A stretch of DNA of 64,000 bases, taken from positions 344,808-408,807 of the forward strand of contig CBDHDI010000027.1 of assembly GCA_965261685.1 (NCBI GenBank). Reading direction: 5' to 3'. The translations under genes were made by a program, and so were the position numbers. Origin of the DNA: Dehalococcoidia bacterium (GTDB lineage: Bacteria; Chloroflexota; Dehalococcoidia; UBA2979). Positions 29,338 to 39,931 of the stretch are shown piece by piece (position 1 is the stretch's first letter; every line of letters starts with the position of its first letter). The notes beneath the pieces are model-generated. The model made no database searches. It was not told the DNA's origin and worked only from the letters and a program-made list of their open reading frames with translations.

Positions 29338-30234
29338 AGCAGCGTCGCGGTGGCTTCCGCCTCGAATCGCCGCCGGGCGATCTCCAGGTACGCTGGCTGA
29401 AGCTCGATACCGAGGAAGCGCCGACCTTGGCGCGCCGCTTCGATTCCTACCGTGCCGGATCCGAAGAACGGGTCGAGGATTACGTTTCCGCGCTCGCTTG
29501 CGAGGGCGATGCAGGGGCGGATGAGTTCGGGCGGGAACGTCGCGAAGTGGGCGCCAGGGAACGGGCGCGTCGGGACATCCCAAACTGTCCGGAGGTTGCG
29601 ATCGTTCTCGCCGCGGACGGCCGTGTTGTCGTAGAGGTAGCGCTCGGACTTCGAGAACAGGAACAGGTACTGCGTGTGATCGCGTCGGACGGTCCCTGAC
29701 TGATTCCGGCATACAGTTCGGCTTGTTCCAGACGATGTCCGACCGCAGATACCAGCCCGCATTCTGCAGAGCGAACGCAACGAGCCAGGGGATGCCGACG
29801 AGATCCTTGGGCTTCAGGCCTTTCGGCGTGGGCGGGCGCGTGTCCATCGCCCGCACGGGGTTCTTGCGGTCCGCGTCGCGCCACTTGCGCCCACCGGACG
29901 TGTATGAATCCCCGAGGTTCAGCCAGAGCGTCCCGTCGGAGCGTGTCACTCGATGGACCTCAGTGAAGATGGCGGCGAGCGTAGCCACGTAGTCGCGCGG
30001 ATCGTCCTCAAGGCCGATCTGTCCAGCTGCGCCGTAGTCGCGCAATCCCCAGTAGGGGGGCGACGTGATCGTTGTCTGAACGAAGTCGCCGGGCAACCGG
30101 GACAGGATCGTCCGTGCATCGCCGAGCAAGCCGATTGAAGCCCAACGCTCCGGCGGCAACACATCGCTGGCGAGCGATGCGACGCTGCCGTTCAGCGCTC
30201 CAAATTCGCCCCAGTCAACTCTCATCGCGCCCAC
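29334..30234 (-). pseudogene. beta-class N4-cytosine/N6-adenine DNA methyltransferase (motif IV SPPY N-terminal, motif I DPFFGSGT C-terminal) split by a frameshift near 29700
   Basis: N-terminal 178 codons in one frame (…ESVRDRPTRSHA) and C-terminal 148 codons in another (…RRDHTQYLFLFSKSERY…DPFFGSGT); total 901 nt is not a multiple of 3. Confidence 0.7.
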
Positions 30235-30276
30235 CCTGCGGCGCTAACAATAGCAGAATGGGTGTTCTATCGCTAG

Positions 30277-30504
30277 TCAACGCCCGCCTGGCGGGGTGCC
30301 TTTCCGTTGGCGCTTCTCCCATGCGCGCGCCGCATCCTCGGTTGTTGCGCGGCCGACCTGATCGAGGTGTCCGCTTTGGTTCACCTTGCGCTGAAGCTCG
30401 CGTTCCCGAATTTCCGGATCGCGCCTGGTGATGCCGCTGCGGATGATCGTCCCGTCGGGCCTCTTGAACTGGTACTTGCGGTGGTCCCGTGGCTGACTCG
30501 CCAT
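30277..30504 (-). CDS. small basic hypothetical protein (75 aa) between nrdJ and the RM genes
   Basis: ATG at 30504 preceded by strong SD GAGGAGGAG; same strand as flanking genes; no motif recognised. Confidence 0.45.
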   Translation of the reverse strand: MASQPRDHRKYQFKRPDGTIIRSGITRRDPEIRERELQRKVNQSGHLDQVGRATTEDAARAWEKRQRKGTPPGGR

Positions 30505-30515
30505 CTGTCTCCTCC

Positions 30516-33500
30516 TCAACTACACCCGGACGTGCTCCCGCAGGACATGCACTTCAGGCAGGTGCCGTTGCGCACCATCATCATCTGGCCGCACTCCGGG
30601 CAGGGGTCGCCCTCGAAGCCGTAGTGGCGCGCTGTCGTGGGCTGGATGGCCGGGGCGGCTGCCACGGCGGTCGCGGCCACAGCTGCGGCCGAGGGCGCCT
30701 CGGGGGCCGGGCCGGCGGGGGCGGGGGCTGCCTCGGCGGCTGCGGGGGTTCCGTGGCCGTTCGAGCCGCCTGCGATCGGGGTCAGCACGTACTCGCGCGG
30801 GTCGGGCGCCGGCAGTGGCTGCGGCGCCGGCGCCGGCCACGCGCCAGCCTCGTCCTCGTCCTCCGCCGTCGAGGTGCTCGACAGGTCGACCGGCCCGAGG
30901 TGGGCGAGGTCGCCGCGGCCGAGGTAGCTGACGGCCAGCTCGCGGAAGACGTAGTCGATGATTGAGGTTGCCATGTGGATGCGGTCGTTGCCGGTGACGA
31001 TGCCGTTCGGCTCGAACTTCGTGAACAGGAAGGAGTCCACGTAGGCCTCGAGCGGCACGCCGTGCTGCAGCCCGATCGAGACGGCGATCGCGAAGCAGTT
31101 CATCAGCGAGCGGAAGGCCGCGCCGTCCTTGGACATCGAGATGAAGATCTCGCCGAGGCGCGCGTCCTCGAACTCGCCCGTGTGCAGGTAGATCGTGTGG
31201 CCACCGACCTTGGCCTTCTGCGCGAAGCCGGGACGCCGCGAGGGCAGCGGCTCGCGCTCGCCGCGCTGCAGCCCGACCAGCTTCCGCGCCAGCACGCGCG
31301 CGTCCTCCCGAGGCAGCGAACGGATGATCCGCTCCACCTCGTCCAGCGCCTGCTTCGGGTCGAGCTCCGCCGCCGCGGGCTGCTCGTCGAGGTCGTCGAG
31401 GTCGTCGAAGTCCTCGAAGTCGTCGCCGAGCACGGTGGCGGCGAGGGGCTGCGAGAGCTTGGAGCCGTCGCGGTAGAGCGCGAGCGCCTTCAGCATCGAG
31501 GCGGCTCCGGCCTCGTAGACGGCGGCGACGTCGCCGACGCTGGCGTCGTCGGGCAGGTTGATCGTCTTGCTGATCGCGCCGGAGAGGAACGGCTGCGCGG
31601 CGGCCATGATGCGCACGTGCGCCATCGCCTCGATGTAGCGCGTGCCGTAGCGGCCGCAGCGGTTGGCGCAGTCGAAGACGGCGTAGTGCTCCTCGCGCAG
31701 GTGCGGGGCGCCCTCGATCGTCATGCGGCCGACGATGTAGTCGTTGGCCTCCTCGATCTGCTCGCGCGTGAAGCCGACCGCCTCCAGCAGGTTGACGCCG
31801 GCAAGCTGCTCGTCGCTCAGGCCGAGCACGTCGCGGCAGAACTCGTCGCCGAGCACGAAGCGGTTGAAGGCGAAGGTGATGTCGAACGCCGAGCCGAGCG
31901 CCTCGTCGACCGCGTCGAGGGCGCGGCGGTTGAAGCCGTGCTGGGCGAGCGTGTGGCGGTTGATGTGCGGGGCGCCCTCGAGGCGGCCACTGCCGACGCA
32001 GTAGGTAACGATCTCCTCGACCTGCGCGGGCGTGTAGCCGAGCGTCCCCAGCGCGCCGGGGACGGACTGGTTGATGATGCGGAAGTAGCCGCCGCCGGCC
32101 AGCTTCTTGAACTTCACGAGTGCGAAGTCCGGCTCGACGCCCGTGGTGTCGCAGTCCATGAGCAGGCCGATCGTGCCGGTGGGCGCGATCAGCGTGGTCT
32201 GCGCGTTGCGGAAGCCGTGCTCCTCGCCGAGGGCGAGCGCGCGGTCCCAGGAGGCCTGCGCGGCCTCCAGCAGCGCCCTGGGGCAGTGTTTGGCGTCGAG
32301 GCTCACCGGGAGCGTTGTCAGCTCCTCGTAGTCCTCGGCGGGTGCGTCGTAGGCGGCGCGGCGGTGGTTGCGGATCACGCGCAGCATCGCGTCGCGGTTC
32401 GGCTCCCAGGCGGGGAAGGGGCCGAGCTCCGCGGCGATCTCGGCTGAGGTCGCGTAGGAGACGCCGGTCAGCAGCGCGCTGTAGCCGCCGGTCTGGGCCA
32501 GCGCCTCGGGCGAGTCGTAGGGCACGCCCTGGTGCATCAGCAGCGCGCCGAGGTTGGCGTAGCCGAGGCCGAGCGTGCGGTACTCGTGGGAGAGCCGGGC
32601 GATCACGGGGCTCGGGTACTGCGCCATCAGCACCGAGATCTCGAGCACGATCGTCCACAGCCGGGCGGCGTGCTCGTACGCGGCCACGTCGAACTCGTTG
32701 CTCTCCTCGTCGTGGAAGCGCATCAGGTTGAGCGAGGCGAGGTTGCAGGCCGTGTCGTCGAGGAACATGTACTCGGAGCAGGGGTTGGAGCCGCGGATCG
32801 GGCCGCCTGCCGGCGAGGTGTGCCACTCGTTGATCGTCGTGTCGTACTGCACGCCGGGGTCGGCCGACTGCCAGGCCGCGCGCGCGATGCGCTCCCACAG
32901 ATCGCGGGCGCGCACGGTCTTCGAGGGCTTGCCGTCGACGCGGCGGTAGAGCGTCCATTCGCGGTCCTGCTCGACGGCCTCGAGGAAGTCGGCGCTGACG
33001 CGCACGGAGTTGTTGGCGTTCTGGCCTGAGACGGTCTGGTAGGCCTCGCCCTGCCAGTCCGTGTCGAACTCGCGGAAGTCGATCGGCGCCTCGCCGGCCT
33101 CGGCGAGCTGGAGGACGCGCTGGACGCAGCCGTCCGGCACGCCGTCGCGGCGCGCGCGAGCGATGGCGCGGCGCAGCGCGCGGTTCTGCGTGGGGTCGAA
33201 GCCCTCGGCGGTCGCATCGAGGACCGCGGCCAGGCGGCGGCGGATCGTGCGCGAGCCGGCGACGAGGGCGGCGACCTTCTGCTCCTCGGCCACCTTCCAG
33301 TCGATGAACTCCTCGATATCGGGGTGGTCGACGTCGACGATCACCATCTTGGCAGCGCGGCGGGTGGTGCCGCCGGACTTGATCGCGCCGGCGGCGCGGT
33401 CGCCGATCTTGAGGAAGGACATGAGGCCGGAGGACTTGCCGCCGCCGGAGAGGAACTCGTTCTCGCCGCGGATGCGGGAGAAGTTGGAGCCCGTACCGGA

Positions 33501-34163
33501 GCCGTACTTGAAGATCCGCGCCTCGCGGGTCCAGAGGTCCATGATGCCGCCCTCGTTGACGAGGTCGTCGGCGACGGACTGGATGAAGCAGGCGTGCGGC
33601 TGCGGGCGCTCGTAGGCGCTCGTCGACTGGCGCACCTCGCCGCGCTCCGGGTCGAAGTAGGAGTGGCCCTGCGAGGGGCCGGCGATGCCGTAGGCCCAGT
33701 GCAGGCCGGTGTTGAACCACTGCGGCGAGTTGGGCGCGGCGCGCTGCGTCGCCATCATCAGGATCAGCTCGTCATGGAAGGCGCGGGCGTCTTCCTCGCT
33801 GTCGAAGTAGCCGTGCTTCCAGCCCCAGTAGGTCCAGGTGCCGGCGAGGCGGTGGAAGACCTGGCCCGCGTCGCTCTCGCCGCCGGAGTCGTCGGAGCCC
33901 GCGGCGGGCTCGGAGCGCCAGAGCCACTCCGGCACGCCGTCCTCCTCGAGGGCGACGAGGTCGTCGGCGATGCCGGTCTTGCGGAAGTACTTCTGCGCCA
34001 TGATGTCGACGGCGACCTGCGACCAGCCGGCGGGCATGCGGATGCCGGCCGCCTCGAAGACGGCCGACCCGTCGGGGTTGACGATGCGCGAATCCCTGGG
34101 CGCGAAGGCGACTCCTTCGAGCGGATCCTGACCCGAGGTGGTGAAGTGTCGTTCGATGCGCAT
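30516..34163 (-). CDS. nrdJ: adenosylcobalamin-dependent (class II) ribonucleotide reductase
   Basis: Class II RNR core motifs, C-terminal Cys-rich zinc ribbon CPECG...[13 protein letters not shown]; start taken at MRIERHF. Confidence 0.9.
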   Translation of the reverse strand: MRIERHFTTSGQDPLEGVAFAPRDSRIVNPDGSAVFEAAGIRMPAGWSQVAVDIMAQKYFRKTGIADDLVALEEDGVPEWLWRSEPAAGSDDSGGESDAGQVFHRLAGTWTYWGWKHGYFDSEEDARAFHDELILMMATQRAAPNSPQWFNTGLHWAYGIAGPSQGHSYFDPERGEVRQSTSAYERPQPHACFIQSVADDLVNEGGIMDLWTREARIFKYGSGTGSNFSRIRGENEFLSGGGKSSGLMSFLKIGDRAAGAIKSGGTTRRAAKMVIVDVDHPDIEEFIDWKVAEEQKVAALVAGSRTIRRRLAAVLDATAEGFDPTQNRALRRAIARARRDGVPDGCVQRVLQLAEAGEAPIDFREFDTDWQGEAYQTVSGQNANNSVRVSADFLEAVEQDREWTLYRRVDGKPSKTVRARDLWERIARAAWQSADPGVQYDTTINEWHTSPAGGPIRGSNPCSEYMFLDDTACNLASLNLMRFHDEESNEFDVAAYEHAARLWTIVLEISVLMAQYPSPVIARLSHEYRTLGLGYANLGALLMHQGVPYDSPEALAQTGGYSALLTGVSYATSAEIAAELGPFPAWEPNRDAMLRVIRNHRRAAYDAPAEDYEELTTLPVSLDAKHCPRALLEAAQASWDRALALGEEHGFRNAQTTLIAPTGTIGLLMDCDTTGVEPDFALVKFKKLAGGGYFRIINQSVPGALGTLGYTPAQVEEIVTYCVGSGRLEGAPHINRHTLAQHGFNRRALDAVDEALGSAFDITFAFNRFVLGDEFCRDVLGLSDEQLAGVNLLEAVGFTREQIEEANDYIVGRMTIEGAPHLREEHYAVFDCANRCGRYGTRYIEAMAHVRIMAAAQPFLSGAISKTINLPDDASVGDVAAVYEAGAASMLKALALYRDGSKLSQPLAATVLGDDFEDFDDLDDLDEQPAAAELDPKQALDEVERIIRSLPREDARVLARKLVGLQRGEREPLPSRRPGFAQKAKVGGHTIYLHTGEFEDARLGEIFISMSKDGAAFRSLMNCFAIAVSIGLQHGVPLEAYVDSFLFTKFEPNGIVTGNDRIHMATSIIDYVFRELAVSYLGRGDLAHLGPVDLSSTSTAEDEDEAGAWPAPAPQPLPAPDPREYVLTPIAGGSNGHGTPAAAEAAPAPAGPAPEAPSAAAVAATAVAAAPAIQPTTARHYGFEGDPCPECGQMMMVRNGTCLKCMSCGSTSGCS

Positions 34164-34392
34164 AGCCTGCTCCCGCGACTCGGCAGTATTCGCGGTCGGC
34201 GGCAGTACGCCTCCCGCGCCCCCCATACCCCCTGGGCCCGAAAAATCACCGCGGGCAGGCGCCTGTTGGCACTGCGCACCTGCATGAGCGGGTGAGCGTC
34301 AAGGGACGGCAGATTAGCCTTTTTCGGGGCGACCTGTCAATGCGCGAACACGCCTGAGCAATTGCTCTGCGGAGCCGATCCCGAACGCCCGA

Positions 34393-35715
34393 TCAGCCGC
34401 TGCCGACGATCGCCTCGAGGCTATCGGGATCCTTCGGGATCGCCCCGGAGAGCACGCGGTGGCCGTTGCGCGTGACGAGCACGTCGTCCTCGATGCGCAC
34501 GCCGATGCCGCGCAGGCGGCGCGGGACGCCGCGCAGGCCGGGCGCGAAGTAGAGACCCGGCTCCACGGTCAGCACCATGCCCGGCCGCAGCTCCAGCGAT
34601 TCGCCGTCCTTGCGGTAGGGTCCGGCGTCGTGCACGTCCATCCCCAGCCAGTGCGAGGTGCCGTGCATGAAGTAGGGCCGGCTCGCCTCCTGCTTGAGCA
34701 GCGTCGGCACGCGGCCCTCGAGGACGCCGAGGTCACGCAGTCCCTCGGTGATCACGCGCTGCGCGCGCTCGTGCACCTCGTGGAAGCGCACGCCCGGTGC
34801 GACGATCTCGATCGCCTCGCGCTGGGCGGCGAGCACGACCTCGTAGACGTCGCGCTGGGCGGCGCGGAAGCGTCCGTTGGCGGGGAAGGTGCGGCTCACG
34901 TCCGCGCCGTAGTAGTCGACTTCCGCGCCGACGTCGAGCAGCAGCAGGTCGCCGTCCTCGATCCGCGCGCGGTTGTCGGTGTAGTGCAGCGTGCAGGAGT
35001 TGACGCCCGCCGCGACGATCGAGGGGAAGCCGTCGCGCGGCGATCCGAGGCGGCGGAACTCGGCCTCGAGGACGGCCTGCACCTCGTACTCGTGCAGGCC
35101 GGGGCGGGTCGCGCGCATCGCCGCCTTGATGCCCGCGCCGGTCACGTCGATCGCCTGCTGGAGCGCGGCGATCTCCTCGCGTGTCTTGATCAGGCGCAGC
35201 GCGTCGACGAGCGGGGCGGGGTCGATCAGCTGCTCGATAGCCGCCGCGCCGCGCTGCGCCCCGGCACGCCGCCCGGCGACGATGCGCGAGATCAGCCCCT
35301 CCAGGCGCTCGTCGCTGCCGAGCGAGAAGGCGACGGTCCGCGCCTCGCCGAGCAGCTTCGGCAGTTGCGCCTCGAGCTCGCCGATCGGGTAGGCGGCGTC
35401 CGCGCCGAGCTCGCCGGTCGCGCCCTCGACGCCGAGGCGGGGGCCGTCCCAGACGGCGGTCTCGGGGTCGTAGGGGCGCACGAACAGGACGAAGGGCTGC
35501 TCGTGCGCGGGGCGGAGCACGGCGACGGCGTCGGGCTCCTCGAACCCGGTGAGGTAGTAGAAGCTCGAGCGCTGGCGGAAGGGGTAATCGACGTCGCCGT
35601 TGCGTCGCGCCTCGTGGCCGGCGCCGAAGATCGCGGCGCTGTCGCGCGGCAGGCGGCGCAGCAGGCGCGCGCGTCGCCTCGCGAAGGCGGCCGCCGGGAC
35701 GGCGGGCGCGGTCAT
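34393..35715 (-). CDS. pepP: Xaa-Pro aminopeptidase (M24B)
   Basis: N-terminal AMP_N domain and C-terminal pita-bread fold with metal ligands (HGTSHWLGMDVHD). Confidence 0.85.
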   Translation of the reverse strand: MTAPAVPAAAFARRRARLLRRLPRDSAAIFGAGHEARRNGDVDYPFRQRSSFYYLTGFEEPDAVAVLRPAHEQPFVLFVRPYDPETAVWDGPRLGVEGATGELGADAAYPIGELEAQLPKLLGEARTVAFSLGSDERLEGLISRIVAGRRAGAQRGAAAIEQLIDPAPLVDALRLIKTREEIAALQQAIDVTGAGIKAAMRATRPGLHEYEVQAVLEAEFRRLGSPRDGFPSIVAAGVNSCTLHYTDNRARIEDGDLLLLDVGAEVDYYGADVSRTFPANGRFRAAQRDVYEVVLAAQREAIEIVAPGVRFHEVHERAQRVITEGLRDLGVLEGRVPTLLKQEASRPYFMHGTSHWLGMDVHDAGPYRKDGESLELRPGMVLTVEPGLYFAPGLRGVPRRLRGIGVRIEDDVLVTRNGHRVLSGAIPKDPDSLEAIVGSG

Positions 35716-37079
35716 CGCTCTTCGGGCGAGGGGAGCATGAACCGCAGCATCAGCAGGCCGATCAGCCCCGCCACGACCGAGGCGAGAAAGATGCCGACCT
35801 TGGCCTGCGTCAGCAGCGCCTCCTCAACGAACGACAGCTCGGTCACGAACAGCGCCACCGTGAAGCCGATGCCGGCGACCAATCCCGTCGCGAAGACGCC
35901 GGGCCAGGTGACGCCGGACGGCAACTCGGCCCCGAGGCGCACGGCGAGCCAGGTCGCGATCGTGACCCCGATGGGCTTGCCGATGAGCAGCCCGAGCCCG
36001 ACGCCGAGCGCGAGGGACGATGAGGCAGCTTCCTGGAACGCCCCGCCGCGCAGATCGACGCCGGCGTTCACGAAGGCGAAGAGCGGGACGACGAGGAACG
36101 CCGACCACGGCAGCAGGCGGTGCTCGATGCGGTCCAGCGGAGAGATCGCCTGCTCGCTGAGGTCGCTCAGCGTGAGCAGGGCGCCGACCCGGTCGTGGTG
36201 CGCGGGCTCCTCGCTGGGCGCGGACTCGCTGGCGCGGATGCGGCTGAGCAAGGCCTCGGCAAGATCCGGGAGCGCGCCGCGGCGGTACCAGGGCTGCAGG
36301 GGCGTCATCAGCCCCAACGCGACGCCGAGGATGGTTGGATGGACGCCGGATTGGTGCGCCGCCATCCAGCCGATGAGTCCGACCGCGAGATAGAGCGGCA
36401 CCAGCTTGATGCCGTTGAAGTTCATCAGCATCACAAGGGCGAGCATCGCGACCGTGAGCGCGAGTGCCGCGAGGTCGATGTTGTCCGTGTAAAACACGGC
36501 GATGACGGCGATCGCCCCGATGTCGTCGACGATCGCGAGGGCGAGCAGCAGCACCTTCAGCCCGGTGGGAACCCGCGACCCGACGAGCGTCACGACGCCG
36601 ACGGCGATGGCGATGTCGGTCGCCATCGGGATCGCCCAGCCCTGGCGGGCGGTTTCGCCATCGACGAGGGCGAGGAAGATGATGACGGGGACGATCATCC
36701 CGCCCGCCGCAGCGGCGATCGGCGCCCAGACCTTGCGCCCTCCGGACAGCTCGCCCACGACGACCTCGCGCTTGATCTCCATCCCGACGACGAAGAAGAA
36801 GATCACCATCAGGCCGTCGTTGACCCACTCCTTCAGCCCGGCTTCAAGGTGGAAGAACCCGGCGTTGATGGCGATGTGGTGATGGATGAAGTCTTCGTAG
36901 AGGCCGGAGAGTGGCGTGTTGGCGGCGATCAGTGCGAACAGCACCGCGCTGGTGATGGCGATGCCGCTGGCAGCCTCAGTCCGGCCGAATTCCTGGAAGG
37001 GGCGGACGAGGCGGATGATGCGCGCGCGCCGCTCGGCCCGCGCATGGTTCAGCGCCACGTCGTCGACCGGTTGGCTCAT
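35712..37079 (-). CDS. nhaA: Na+/H+ antiporter NhaA
   Basis: NhaA-family TM pattern and conserved acidic pair region; 4-bp overlap with pepP. Confidence 0.9.
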   Translation of the reverse strand: MSQPVDDVALNHARAERRARIIRLVRPFQEFGRTEAASGIAITSAVLFALIAANTPLSGLYEDFIHHHIAINAGFFHLEAGLKEWVNDGLMVIFFFVVGMEIKREVVVGELSGGRKVWAPIAAAAGGMIVPVIIFLALVDGETARQGWAIPMATDIAIAVGVVTLVGSRVPTGLKVLLLALAIVDDIGAIAVIAVFYTDNIDLAALALTVAMLALVMLMNFNGIKLVPLYLAVGLIGWMAAHQSGVHPTILGVALGLMTPLQPWYRRGALPDLAEALLSRIRASESAPSEEPAHHDRVGALLTLSDLSEQAISPLDRIEHRLLPWSAFLVVPLFAFVNAGVDLRGGAFQEAASSSLALGVGLGLLIGKPIGVTIATWLAVRLGAELPSGVTWPGVFATGLVAGIGFTVALFVTELSFVEEALLTQAKVGIFLASVVAGLIGLLMLRFMLPSPEER

Positions 37080-37100
37080 GGGATCGGCATCGCTTCTGTG

Positions 37101-37304
37101 CTAGCCGGCGAGGCGGTAGACGCGCTTGCTGCCGTCGCTGCTGACGACGATGCTGCGCCCGCGCTTGAGCGTGCGCAGCGCCGTGGCGAGGTGCGCGGCC
37201 TCGACATCGGGGATGCGCTTCGCGAGGTCGGCCTTGCTCTGGTCCTCGCCCTCTGCGAGGGCCTCGAGGATCTGCTGTTCCAGTTCCTGGGCGATGATCG
37301 CCAT
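37101..37304 (-). CDS. small putative winged-helix DNA-binding protein (67 aa)
   Basis: wHTH-like pattern (KADLAKRIPDVEAAHLATALRTLKRGRSIVVSSDGSKRVYRLA). Confidence 0.4.
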   Translation of the reverse strand: MAIIAQELEQQILEALAEGEDQSKADLAKRIPDVEAAHLATALRTLKRGRSIVVSSDGSKRVYRLAG

Positions 37305-37403
37305 GCCGTTCTCCCGGACTTGTCGCGGCGTCTGCGCACAGTCTGCCGAGCGCGCGGCGCTCGGTCCAGCGGCGCGGGGCGGGTGCGCCTTCCGGCCAGC
37401 GGT

Positions 37404-37478
37404 TGGCGCCCTCGGGAGGACTCGAACCTCCGCACAGGGATTAGGAATCCCATGCTCTGTCCCCTGAGCTACGAGGGC
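37404..37478 (-). tRNA. tRNA-Arg (anticodon CCT), CCA encoded
   Basis: Manual cloverleaf: acceptor GCCCUCG/CGAGGGC, U8, anticodon loop UUCCUAA, T-loop TTCGAGT. Confidence 0.85.
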
Positions 37479-37571
37479 GCTCCTTCCAATTTATGCGCCG
37501 TCGGCCTCGAACGCACTTTCCCGCGCTTGGCCAAGCTCGAGGGGGAGTCGTCCTATGTGGAGGCGGCGTAC

Positions 37572-38197
37572 CTATCTGGAGGCCGCGTAGTCGGTGTCAT
37601 CGTGCACACGCTCGTAGTCCTCACGCGAGAGCCAGTGGCACCAGAGATTCTGACTCTTGATGCTGAGTCTTTGCCCGAAGCGGCCAGCGCGCCATCCCGC
37701 GACCTCTACTTGGGTCTCGCGGTCTCCATCAAGCACCTCGTCGATGGCGGGAATCAGATCGGTGTCGGCGGAGCACACAACTCCCACGTCGTACTGGCCC
37801 TTGTACGCGAGAAGCGCAATGTCGAGCGCCATCCTCACGTCGATCCCCTTCTCCTGTGGCCGCTGACCGTCGGCGTTGTCAGGCCACCCGTACGGGTATC
37901 TCAGTTGGCGCGTGAACACGTGGCAGCCTCCCGCTCCCAAGCCTGACATTGGAGGACGTTCGCCCGGTGTGCCGTTGGTTGCAGGTACGCGTCAGGGCGT
38001 CCCGTGTACAGCCTGACTTCTGCCAGCGTCCGACCGGCGTCGCGAGAGGACAGCAGTTCACCCAGAGTCCACGGGTGAAACTGTCCGAACCTGTATGGGT
38101 CGATCGCATCGTCGAAGAATGCTCGGCGCGCGCCCCGGTAGAAGTTCTGGGCGTCCACGAAGACGATGACGCGGCTCATAGTGAAACCTTCAGACAA
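37572..38197 (-). pseudogene. NYN/LabA-like (PIN-fold) nuclease domain gene split by a frameshift (ORFs 37901-38197 and 37572-37949)
   Basis: N-terminal VIVFVDAQNFY and C-terminal DVRMALDIALLA...VVCSADTDLIP are NYN hallmarks but lie in different frames overlapping by about 50 nt. Confidence 0.6.
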
Positions 38198-38234
38198 AGC
38201 AAAACCCCGCCAGCTCCCGAAGGAGCGGCGGGGA
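38188..38234 (-). terminator. putative intrinsic terminator downstream of the halogenase gene
   Basis: GC-rich hairpin ccccgccgctcc-ttcg-ggagctggcgggg followed by UUUUGCUUUG on the minus strand. Confidence 0.4.
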
Positions 38235-38295
38235 GGATTGACGCAAGTATCTAGTGGACGATGCCCGAAGTCAATGTGGTCGACGCGCAGCTACG

Positions 38296-39903
38296 TCAGC
38301 GGCCGCGCGAGCGGCGGCGGCGTTCCGCGCGGCTGAGCCTCGGCGGGCGCGGCGGCGGCGGGGGCTGGGAGGCGACCTCGGGGGCTGAGGAGGCCTGCTC
38401 CAGGTAGCGGGCGTGCGGGATCGCGTGGCGCACGAAGCGGTCGCACTTCGCGCGCTGCTCGCGGCGGGCGCGGTTCGCCTCGTCCCAGAGGCCGTAGTAG
38501 TCCATCTCGCGCCTCGCGACCGCGGAGTCGAGCAGGCCGAGGCCGTCCAGTGTGAAGAACCACAGCTTCATGTCGATCGCCCCGAAGTACGGGTCGAGGT
38601 CGGTCGTGAGCGGGGTTTTCACCCGCCACAGGTCGAGGCGCTCGCGGGCCGAGTCGTTCATCGAGATCGATCGCCAGAACTCGGTGTCGTCGCGTCCGCC
38701 CTGGTAGTGCATTACCAGGAAGTCGCGGAAGTCGTCGTACATGCGCCCCATGCGCCGGTTGTAGCGATCGAGGATCGGCGTGGCGTCGAAGTCGAAGTGC
38801 TCCGTGAGGTACTCCTGCATCAGCACCAGCAACTGCACGAGCTGGCCGTGGATCGAGGTGGACTCGAGCGGCTCGCTGAAGGCGCCGGAGAGGCCGATCG
38901 CGACGCAGTTCTTGATCCAGAGCCGGCGGAAGCGTCCGCTCGCGATGCGGATGTCGCCCCAGGGCTCGATAGGGTGGCCGAGCACGGCCTCGACCTCGGC
39001 CTGCGCCTCTTCCGGGCTGATGAAGTCGTCGCAGTAGGCGTAGCCGCAGCCCAGCCGCTCCTGCGTCGGGATCTGCCACAGCCAGCCGGCGGAGAGCGCC
39101 CGGGCGTGCGTGTACGAGGGGATCGAGGCGCCCTCCTCGTGCGCCACGGAGAAGGGCAGCGCGCGGTTGACCGGCAGGTGCTCGGCGTACGAGATCCACT
39201 CCTCCTCGTATGCCCCGCCGATGATCAGCTTGCGGAAGCCCGAGCAGTCGACGAAGAAGTCGCCCTCGATCTCGCGGCCGTCGGCGAGCGTGACGCTGCG
39301 CACGTGCCCGTTGTCCGGCTCGATGTTGACGGCCTCGACCGTGCCCTCGATGTGCGTGACGCCCTCGCACTTCGAGCGCAGGTAGGCGCCGACGATGTGC
39401 GTGTCGAAGTGGTAGGCGTAGTCCCAGGCGCTCTCTTCGGGCTGTCCGGGCGGGCGGCTGTAGGGCGCGAGCTGGTCGAGCATGAGGCGCGAGTTGAGCA
39501 CGTTTGTCCAGGCCGGTTCGCCCTCGGCGACGGAGGCGGCGAAGAAGTAGGGGTACGTCTCCGGGGGCACCGCGGGGATCCCGAGCTGGCGGTCGTCGTT
39601 GAGCGGACCGAGGTAGTACGAGCCGTCGCCCGTCCAGTTGCGGTGCAGGATGCCGAGCTTGAACGAGGCCTTCGTCTCGCGCAGGAACTCGCGCTCGTTC
39701 GAGAGGTTGCGGATGAAGGTCGTGAACAGGCCGGTGGTCGCCTCGCCGACGCCGACGATCGGGATGTCGGGCGCCTCGACGACCGTGATCTCGAGGTCGC
39801 CCGCTCCCCGGCCGCGCTTCCAGAAGCGCGAGAGGTGGATGGCGGAGAGCCAGCCGGCGGTCCCGCCGCCGACGATCACGATCTTCTTGATCTGCGTGTG
39901 CAT
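38296..39903 (-). CDS. flavin-dependent halogenase (tryptophan halogenase family)
   Basis: GGGTAGW FAD motif, WxWxIP motif (AGWLWQIP), FSEPLESTS, about 535 aa; ATG at 39903. Confidence 0.8.
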   Translation of the reverse strand: MHTQIKKIVIVGGGTAGWLSAIHLSRFWKRGRGAGDLEITVVEAPDIPIVGVGEATTGLFTTFIRNLSNEREFLRETKASFKLGILHRNWTGDGSYYLGPLNDDRQLGIPAVPPETYPYFFAASVAEGEPAWTNVLNSRLMLDQLAPYSRPPGQPEESAWDYAYHFDTHIVGAYLRSKCEGVTHIEGTVEAVNIEPDNGHVRSVTLADGREIEGDFFVDCSGFRKLIIGGAYEEEWISYAEHLPVNRALPFSVAHEEGASIPSYTHARALSAGWLWQIPTQERLGCGYAYCDDFISPEEAQAEVEAVLGHPIEPWGDIRIASGRFRRLWIKNCVAIGLSGAFSEPLESTSIHGQLVQLLVLMQEYLTEHFDFDATPILDRYNRRMGRMYDDFRDFLVMHYQGGRDDTEFWRSISMNDSARERLDLWRVKTPLTTDLDPYFGAIDMKLWFFTLDGLGLLDSAVARREMDYYGLWDEANRARREQRAKCDRFVRHAIPHARYLEQASSAPEVASQPPPPPRPPRLSRAERRRRSRGR

Positions 39904-39931
39904 GGGCAGAGTGTAGCGCGGCAGCCGCGCG

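Noticed and set aside
30520-33720. 1066-aa alternative-frame ORF inside nrdJ (and similar ghosts 3252-4946, 17239-19140, 25935-27386, 26525-28255, 14648-16375)
   Set aside because: Arg/Pro/Ala-rich low-complexity translations overlapping strongly supported genes; GC-driven artefacts.
30516-34163. Intein in the unusually long (1216 aa) NrdJ
   Set aside because: Extra length is explained by an N-terminal extension and an Ala/Pro-rich C-terminal linker before the zinc ribbon; no intein splicing blocks (C/S…TxxH…HN-C) were seen.
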